From: a virus
Taxonomy: Duplodnaviria > Heunggongvirae > Uroviricota > Caudoviricetes
Reading direction: 5' to 3' (one strand)
DNA length: 38,720 bases
Virus record (IMG/VR): IMGVR_UViG_3300010396_000041
Made by a program: the position numbers and the translations under genes. The notes beneath the pieces are model-generated. The model was given only the letters and a program-made list of their open reading frames with translations, was not told the DNA's origin and searched no databases. Shown piece after piece: positions 33,082 through 38,720 of the stretch (its first letter is position 1; every line of letters begins with the position of its first letter).

Positions 33082-34518
33082 TTAGTAGGCGATGTACGAG
33101 TTGTTAGATACCTGCGCCGCGACCGTGTAGAGGTCAGCGCCCGCCAGCGGACGGGAAGCCTCATACGTCAGCGACGACATGACCACGTCTTCCATCTTCA
33201 GATCGTTCGCGTACTTCGACAGCACGATCTGCGGAAGGTTGAACGAGATCGTCCCCGCACTGGCGGGGTGAATCAGGGAGAACTGCAACGCGCCGAGCGT
33301 GCCGTTCGCCATCCGACTGAAGTCACCATAGGTGGAGTCATCCAGCGAGTCCCACACCAAGTCAATGGTGCCGTTCACCGTCAGGGTGCAGGGGGTGATG
33401 AACGAAGGGCCGTGCTGGTTGGAGTAGGTGTACGTCTCCTTCAGCCCGTTGTCGATGGTCATATTCACGGTGCTGGTCTCGGTGCGCAGCGTGTTGAACA
33501 TCGTCAAGTTCGCCTCGGCGAACACGAACGGTTCTTCGTTCGCCAGCGTCACACCCGTGGGGGTGTCGAGCACCGCCACCGAGCGGCCGGACAGGTCGGT
33601 GGCGACCTCAACCGGGGTGTTGCCGACCGGCGCCTTCAGGTTGAACTTTCCGACGCGGCAGCCAGCGAACTGGAGCGACTGGTAGCCACCGATGTTCTTC
33701 TCCACCGTCAGCGACGGCAGCGTGTTCTGCTCGATGATGAAGTGCGTGAACGGCGCCACCACGATGTTCACCTGAGCAGCCGACGCGTGCGCGTACACCA
33801 GCGCCGTATCCAACGTCAACGTATTGGTGGCAACGCTGACGACCTTCCGGATCTCCGAAGTCGTCGAACCCGCGACGCTGTTGACGTCGATCTGGACGAT
33901 AGTGCCCGTGGTGATCCCGGTCGGGCTGGTCACCGTCACCGTCGTCGCCGTCGCTACCGAAGGCGCCGACAGCGTGGTGGTGGTGCCCGTCGAGACAGCC
34001 ACCCCAGAGGTGTGCGCGAACGAAAGCGCGTCCGCTACCGTCACCGACGTGCCGGTCACCCCGGAGACCAACCGGAACTCGGCGTTCGCACCAGTATCCA
34101 CGACGACCTGCTGGCCGATGGCGAAGCCGGTGCCAGACGCGACGGTGAACGTCGTCGCCCCCACCGTGGTGTTCGCGCCCAGCGTGGTCGAGGTCGGGGC
34201 CGCATTCGGGGCGGCGACACCATGTCCGACCGCGCCGTCCTTGCCGATCGAAGCGACCAGGAACTCCATCGCCTGCGACGGGAAGATCGGCCCGGTGACG
34301 GTGCCGGTGTACTTCGCCTCGCCGTAGAGGTTGTAGACCTGCTTGTCACGCAGGTTCTGCATCAACGGCGGCGAGAACCAGCCCGGGTCCTCCTCCATGG
34401 TGTTGCCGGTCATCGGCTGGAAGCTGGATGCCGAAGCCGGGTTACCGAAGACGGATTCAACAGCAAGCCCGGTCGCGGAAAGCGCACCGGTCTTTTCTAC
34501 GAACGTGGGGAAAGCCAC
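33082..34518 (-). CDS. Major tail tube protein with an internal two-repeat insertion
   Basis: Tube-protein motifs (GLAVES.FG, FTHF...LPSLTVEK, FAGCRV) interrupted by two roughly 65-70 aa repeats at aa 111-250. Confidence 0.85.
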   Translation of the reverse strand: MAFPTFVEKTGALSATGLAVESVFGNPASASSFQPMTGNTMEEDPGWFSPPLMQNLRDKQVYNLYGEAKYTGTVTGPIFPSQAMEFLVASIGKDGAVGHGVAAPNAAPTSTTLGANTTVGATTFTVASGTGFAIGQQVVVDTGANAEFRLVSGVTGTSVTVADALSFAHTSGVAVSTGTTTTLSAPSVATATTVTVTSPTGITTGTIVQIDVNSVAGSTTSEIRKVVSVATNTLTLDTALVYAHASAAQVNIVVAPFTHFIIEQNTLPSLTVEKNIGGYQSLQFAGCRVGKFNLKAPVGNTPVEVATDLSGRSVAVLDTPTGVTLANEEPFVFAEANLTMFNTLRTETSTVNMTIDNGLKETYTYSNQHGPSFITPCTLTVNGTIDLVWDSLDDSTYGDFSRMANGTLGALQFSLIHPASAGTISFNLPQIVLSKYANDLKMEDVVMSSLTYEASRPLAGADLYTVAAQVSNNSYIAY

Positions 34519-34525
34519 ATACCTC

Positions 34526-34771
34526 CTAGGCGGTCTCTGCTACGGCAGGTGCCGCAGGCTCGGCGAGTACCGGCAGAGAGGCGGGTTCCGCCGCCGCCGG
34601 AAGTTCCTTGCGGGTCTTACCCGACTTCGCAGGTACCTGTTCCACCCGGGCGTGGGCAAGAAGTCCCTCCGCCTGGTCGTCCGGCACCTCGAACTCATCT
34701 CCCGGGAAGACTTCACCCACAGGAGACTGAGTGAACGACACCGGGGTGACACCTACATAACGCAGCTTCAT
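34526..34771 (-). CDS. Small virion-associated protein
   Basis: ATGA coupling; KLRYVG...GDEFEVPD motif with a low-complexity tail. Confidence 0.65.
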   Translation of the reverse strand: MKLRYVGVTPVSFTQSPVGEVFPGDEFEVPDDQAEGLLAHARVEQVPAKSGKTRKELPAAAEPASLPVLAEPAAPAVAETA

Positions 34772-35274
34772 GCGCCCAACGCCTCCTGCATGATTTCCCT
34801 GTACGTCCTCTGGATGTATTCCATCATTTCTTCCATCACCCGGCGGTTGAATGGATTCGGTTTCGTACCAGGGTGATTCACGTGAGCCTGGCTGCCTTTC
34901 GGGCCGACGAACCGCTCCACTCCCTGCTGAACGAAATGCAGGTACTTCGCTGCCACCGGCCAGATCTCATGCGGCGAGGTGCCGTTGATCACGAACCCCG
35001 CGTATGGGGTATAGGCCGTCCAGGTGGCGGTGGTGTTCGTCGCGCTGGCCTCACGGGCAAACCGGATCGAGGAACGTAGCGTCCCTGGGCGGTGCCGAGT
35101 AGCAAGCGACTGGCCGTCAGAGGTCTGCTGGTCCTTGCCGAGCGGCGCAGCCTTTTTCATCGCGTCGAGCACCACCGGACCCACCGTGTCCGCCCACTTC
35201 GCCGACGCTGCCATCCACACGAACTTGTACGCGTTCGGAGGCAGGTTCCCGCTCCTGGTGACCGACATGCTCAT
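34768..35274 (-). CDS. HK97 gp10-like tail completion protein
   Basis: AP...PGTLRSSI...YAGFVINGTSPHEI...HPGTKPNPF motif. Confidence 0.8.
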   Translation of the reverse strand: MSMSVTRSGNLPPNAYKFVWMAASAKWADTVGPVVLDAMKKAAPLGKDQQTSDGQSLATRHRPGTLRSSIRFAREASATNTTATWTAYTPYAGFVINGTSPHEIWPVAAKYLHFVQQGVERFVGPKGSQAHVNHPGTKPNPFNRRVMEEMMEYIQRTYREIMQEALGA

Positions 35275-35795
35275 GCCTGCACCGCCTCATAGACTTCCAT
35301 CGACAGCTTGGCCGAGTAGTACAACATCCGCAGCGTAGCCGGTGTATGCAGAGGCGCGTAGTCGAGCTCGAAGTTCTCGCCGATCCCAAGAATCTGGGTC
35401 AGCCCAGCCGCCGGTTCCGTTGCAGTATTCCCGAGCGGGTCAATGAAGATCGGCATCTGCGTGGTGAAGTAAGCCGCCAACACCCCGTCGATGATCTGCG
35501 GGAAATCCGTGTCATTCGAATCGGTGTTGGGATTGCCTTCGAACACGATGTAGATGTCGACCACCCACGCCAGGTGCTTGAACCCGCTGGTGCCGTCCGC
35601 GATGGTGTGACCGGCGAGGATACGCGGGGTGGTCTGCCGCTTGCCCTGCATCCGCCCGCCCCACACGTACGCTTTCGGACCGCTCAGGTCTTCGAGGACT
35701 GGCGGGGTGACGAACGCTTCCAGCGCTGGGATACCGTCGTTGACCACCAGTCCGTCGATGATGTTCTTCACGTAGATCTGAACGCTGGTGAGCAC
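35271..35795 (-). CDS. Tail terminator-like protein
   Basis: Position between the adaptor and gp10-like genes; acidic alpha/beta protein. Confidence 0.6.
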   Translation of the reverse strand: MLTSVQIYVKNIIDGLVVNDGIPALEAFVTPPVLEDLSGPKAYVWGGRMQGKRQTTPRILAGHTIADGTSGFKHLAWVVDIYIVFEGNPNTDSNDTDFPQIIDGVLAAYFTTQMPIFIDPLGNTATEPAAGLTQILGIGENFELDYAPLHTPATLRMLYYSAKLSMEVYEAVQA

Positions 35796-35808
35796 GCTCG
35801 CCCCCCTG

Positions 35809-36756
35809 TCAGATGACGCGCTTGTAAGGACGCAAGATCGCCTCGTAGCTCAGCGTGAGGGCTTCCACGCCGTGCCCGCCGACGGTCTGCGAACCAGGCA
35901 GGTTCTGGATCGTCACCGCCGTGATGCCCGACTCCAGCGCCTGGACGGTAGAGGCAAGCACCGTCGCCCACAGCACATCGCCAGGCAGAGCCGAGACCAC
36001 CACGGCAGCAGGGTTCGCCCCGGTGTGCGCGAACGAGGTCGGCGTAGCCAGGTTGATCAGCCCAGGGCCAGCCGGTGCGGTGCCCCCGCCGTTCGGCAGC
36101 GTCGTGTTGGTGTTCGCGGTCACCGAGGTCACCTGCACCGCCTCAGTGCTCGACCCGTCGTAGACCATCACCGTGGCGCCAGCCATCCCCGTGACGTCAT
36201 CAACGAACAGGCTCGTCGCGCTGGCGGCAGCCGATTCGAGGAGCCCAGCGTGCGGCCAGCCGTTCAGGTAAGAGGCAGCGACCAGGTAGCCGTTACGCCC
36301 GAGAGCCCAGCTGCCCCACCCGGCGCCGACGTAGATCGTCTGCCCGCCCGACCCGCCCGACCCGCCAGAGGTGTACGAGCCGTACACCCCGAGGACCGGC
36401 TGATCGATCCGCCACTGCCCTGAAGTCACCTGATTCCACTGCGGCGGGAGCGTGTTCGGGGAAGTCTGCACTGCCAGGATCTCGGTGACCGGCGAGCGCG
36501 TGAGAATCCACCGCAGCTGCGCGGTGTTGTTATCGATCGTGACGTAGTAGTTCGGGCCCTGCTGGACCTCGTTGTCGATCGTGGAGCGGAACACCTGGTT
36601 CACGTAGCCGTCGATGATGGCGGTAGCCCGCCAGCAGATGTTCATCTGCTCGGCGAGCTGCTGCTCACTGGTGGCTTTCGGGAAAGGGATGATGTTCCAG
36701 GCGATGCCGGTTGGAGCGTTGTTCAACATGGCGGGGGTGATATACGGCGTCGCCAT
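35809..36756 (-). CDS. Head-to-tail adaptor (gp6/gp15-like) with inserted beta-module
   Basis: YIT..ML, RATAIIDGYVNQ, LPGDVLWA and AILRPYKRV termini typical of adaptors. Confidence 0.75.
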   Translation of the reverse strand: MATPYITPAMLNNAPTGIAWNIIPFPKATSEQQLAEQMNICWRATAIIDGYVNQVFRSTIDNEVQQGPNYYVTIDNNTAQLRWILTRSPVTEILAVQTSPNTLPPQWNQVTSGQWRIDQPVLGVYGSYTSGGSGGSGGQTIYVGAGWGSWALGRNGYLVAASYLNGWPHAGLLESAAASATSLFVDDVTGMAGATVMVYDGSSTEAVQVTSVTANTNTTLPNGGGTAPAGPGLINLATPTSFAHTGANPAAVVVSALPGDVLWATVLASTVQALESGITAVTIQNLPGSQTVGGHGVEALTLSYEAILRPYKRVI

Positions 36757-36763
36757 CTCATCC

Positions 36764-36925
36764 TCACTTCGCTAGGCGGCGCTGGCAGCCTGCGCAGAGC
36801 CATCGGTCATCGAACCAACCCCCGTGCTTCGGAACACAGAACAAGGCGCCGCAATCCCGGCACGACTCGGCGGGCATATGGCGTCCGTGACCTGAGCAGT
36901 ACCGGCACTGATTGCGGCGCCTCAC
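36764..36925 (-). CDS. 53-aa Cys/His zinc-finger microprotein (not in the ORF track)
   Basis: GGAGG RBS 8 nt before GTG; MRRRNQCRYCSGHGRHMPAESCRDCGALFCVPKHGGWFDDRWLCAGCQRRLAK fills the gap exactly. Confidence 0.75.
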   Translation of the reverse strand: MRRRNQCRYCSGHGRHMPAESCRDCGALFCVPKHGGWFDDRWLCAGCQRRLAK

Positions 36926-36928
36926 CTG

Positions 36929-37552
36929 TTACACCTCCGCCAGGGCCTCGCGGATGATGGCGATCTGATCTGCCTTCGCACGGGTGGTCGGCAGACCCTT
37001 CGCCTGGGCGATCTCCTTCAGTTCAGCCAGGCTCAGCGATTCAAGCTCGGGAAGGGCGTCAGCGGGGGCGCTGACAGCCTCGGAGACCTCGTTAGGGGCA
37101 TCGGGCGCGGGAGCGTCTTCGAGCGCGGGAGAAGGGCTCGCAGTGCCTTCGATGGCAGTGCGCTTCGCCAGCAGCTCGGGAGCGTCACTAGCGATCACCG
37201 ACAACAGCCGGGAAAGCGCAGTCGTCGACAGTTCGCCCTGCTCTGCCAGGCGCCCAAGCGCCAACGCGATCAGCTGGTTGGTCTGCTGCATCGACGATGC
37301 CCGCTCGATCTCGCCGCGCTTCTCCACATCCTCACGGATGACGACCTCGTCCGGGGTCTCGGGAATCGCCTGCGGCGTCGGCGCCCACAAAGGGTCATGC
37401 CGCAGAAGGTCCTCGCATCCGCCGTGGCAGGTCAACGACCACACCTTGGCGGGAGCTCCCTGGACAACGGGTCGAGCATGGCCCTCGCCACACCCTCCGT
37501 GATCCCTGGAAATGGCTACGTAGCAGACGTCACTACGCGCGTATACGGTCAT
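36929..37552 (-). CDS. Protein with N-terminal Cys/His domain and C-terminal HeH/Rho-N-like motif
   Basis: HGGC..GH...C..GC N-terminus; LESLSLAELKEIAQAKGLPTTRAKADQIAII C-terminus. Confidence 0.75.
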   Translation of the reverse strand: MTVYARSDVCYVAISRDHGGCGEGHARPVVQGAPAKVWSLTCHGGCEDLLRHDPLWAPTPQAIPETPDEVVIREDVEKRGEIERASSMQQTNQLIALALGRLAEQGELSTTALSRLLSVIASDAPELLAKRTAIEGTASPSPALEDAPAPDAPNEVSEAVSAPADALPELESLSLAELKEIAQAKGLPTTRAKADQIAIIREALAEV

Positions 37553-37579
37553 GGCTCACTTCTTTCTGGGTGATCGAGG

Positions 37580-37861
37580 TCACACCTCTTCGGTGACCTC
37601 ATTGCATTTCGGGCATACGTCGTTCCATGCGTTCCACAGCCGCTTACAGGCAGGGCACTTCATGGTGCGCTTCGTCCCGAAAGACTCCCGCCCGATGTTC
37701 CCGACCAGGTGCCCGTCGCCAGCGTACTGAGACTTCTTCAACGCCTCAGCGTGACGATCGGACACCGTGACCGAGCCACCAGGCTTAGTCGCCGTGTAGC
37801 GGGTGCCGTCCTTGCAATCGAAACCCTTACAACCGGGCGGCAGCTGAACCTTAGTGCTCAC
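37580..37861 (-). CDS. Small protein with C-terminal zinc ribbon
   Basis: CPAC-x9-CPKC; GGAGG RBS. Confidence 0.7.
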   Translation of the reverse strand: MSTKVQLPPGCKGFDCKDGTRYTATKPGGSVTVSDRHAEALKKSQYAGDGHLVGNIGRESFGTKRTMKCPACKRLWNAWNDVCPKCNEVTEEV

Positions 37862-37873
37862 GGCGACCTCCTG

Positions 37874-38155
37874 TTATTGAGCGGTAGAAATGAATACCCC
37901 AACCGGCGTAGAAGCCGCCGAGGCAATCGCATACAAGCTAGTCGACGACGAAGTCGGCCAGCCAGAAAGAACCACCGTCGATCCACCAGAGATCGGCGCA
38001 CCATTGCCGGTGGTGACTCCGCTACTGGTGCCGATGTAAACGAACACCGTATTCGCTGCCGCCACCGTAATAGTCACCGAAGTAGTTCCCGGTGGCACGG
38101 TAGCCAGCGGCACCTCGCTAGTGCCGACCACCACCTGCTTCGGGAGGATCGCCAC
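37874..38155 (-). CDS. Small beta-sandwich, decoration-like protein
   Basis: VYIGTSSGVTTGNGAPI motif, similar to the N-terminus of the upstream gene. Confidence 0.65.
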   Translation of the reverse strand: MAILPKQVVVGTSEVPLATVPPGTTSVTITVAAANTVFVYIGTSSGVTTGNGAPISGGSTVVLSGWPTSSSTSLYAIASAASTPVGVFISTAQ

Positions 38156-38655
38156 TAGTTCTTCCCCCGGAACACCGTGACAGTGCCGCCACCCAGGCTC
38201 GTGGTCGCCGGAGCGGTCGCCGCCACAGCCTCACCAGACGCGTGATCGAACCCGAGGTTCGCCGTCAGGGTGAATGTGTTCGTCGCGATCGAGGCAATCA
38301 CCGCAGTCTCAGCCGACGCCCCGGTGCCAATCGAGATCGACATGCCAGCGGAGAACCCCGTCGCCGAGACCACCGTGACCGTGTTGGTGCCCTCAGTCGC
38401 TGCCGCTGACAGCGTGGTCGAAGGGGTCGTAGTCGTCGAGCCGCACACCGCCCAGACCGCGAACGTGGCGTGAGGGAACTCGATCCTGTTGCCTGCCGGG
38501 AACGGCAAACCGCTGTACTGGGTGACCTCGGCGCCACCGACATACAACGTCGAGGTGCTGTTGTTCACCAGCACCACCGAAGGCAGCGGACCGGCGTTAG
38601 TCGTAGGGTCGTAGACCTTTACAGCGTCAGGGCCCACGAACGTGTTGAGCGGCAT
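38155..38655 (-). CDS. Decoration-like structural protein with the shared beta-module
   Basis: GGAAAGGA RBS; LYVGGAEVTQYSGLPF domain plus the TTLSA...DHASGEAV module. Confidence 0.7.
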   Translation of the reverse strand: MPLNTFVGPDAVKVYDPTTNAGPLPSVVLVNNSTSTLYVGGAEVTQYSGLPFPAGNRIEFPHATFAVWAVCGSTTTTPSTTLSAAATEGTNTVTVVSATGFSAGMSISIGTGASAETAVIASIATNTFTLTANLGFDHASGEAVAATAPATTSLGGGTVTVFRGKN

Positions 38656-38676
38656 GGTAGCCCTCTTCCTTTCCGA

Positions 38677-38709
38677 AACCCCCGGTAGGCTCCGCGCCTA
38701 CCGGGGGTT
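38677..38709 (-). terminator. 14-bp hairpin after the gene ending at the window edge (probably the major capsid gene)
   Basis: AACCCCCGGTAGGC-5 nt-GCCTACCGGGGGTT; a - strand TGA lies at 38718-38720. Confidence 0.65.
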
Positions 38710-38720
38710 CGAGGTCGTCA

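Noticed and set aside
33070-34734. 554-aa + strand ORF opposite the tail tube gene
   Set aside because: Antisense shadow with Arg-rich low-information translation.

Overview
High-GC (Streptomyces/Kitasatospora-like host inferred) long-tailed actinophage or prophage segment with two convergent halves. Positions 1-18394 (+ strand) are an early/accessory arm: RusA-like resolvase, RHH and HTH regulators, three tRNAs (Arg-ACG, short-arm Leu-GAG, Lys-TTT), DUF4262, a vWA protein, a classical AAA+ ATPase, a SLOG/DUF2493 protein, a secreted protein and many small hypotheticals. Seven copies of a TGCTACRYTACTC promoter-like motif and several strong hairpins punctuate this arm. Positions 18534-38720 (- strand) are the late arm, read from the right: end of a probable capsid gene, decoration-like and metal-binding proteins, head-tail adaptor, tail completion proteins, tail tube, tail assembly chaperone with an apparent +1 frameshift, tape measure, baseplate and receptor-binding proteins, lysis cassette and a DUF1906/PG-binding endolysin. 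No integrase, terminase, portal or CRISPR array is visible. Most unusual signals: a 56-nt anticodon-less tRNA mimic between two early genes, a G/C-skew sawtooth in phase with the promoter motif, a vWA-structured RNA-AAA unit, three paralogous tail proteins (one with two domain insertions), and one beta-rich module reused in three virion proteins. All family assignments are from motif recognition, not database searches.
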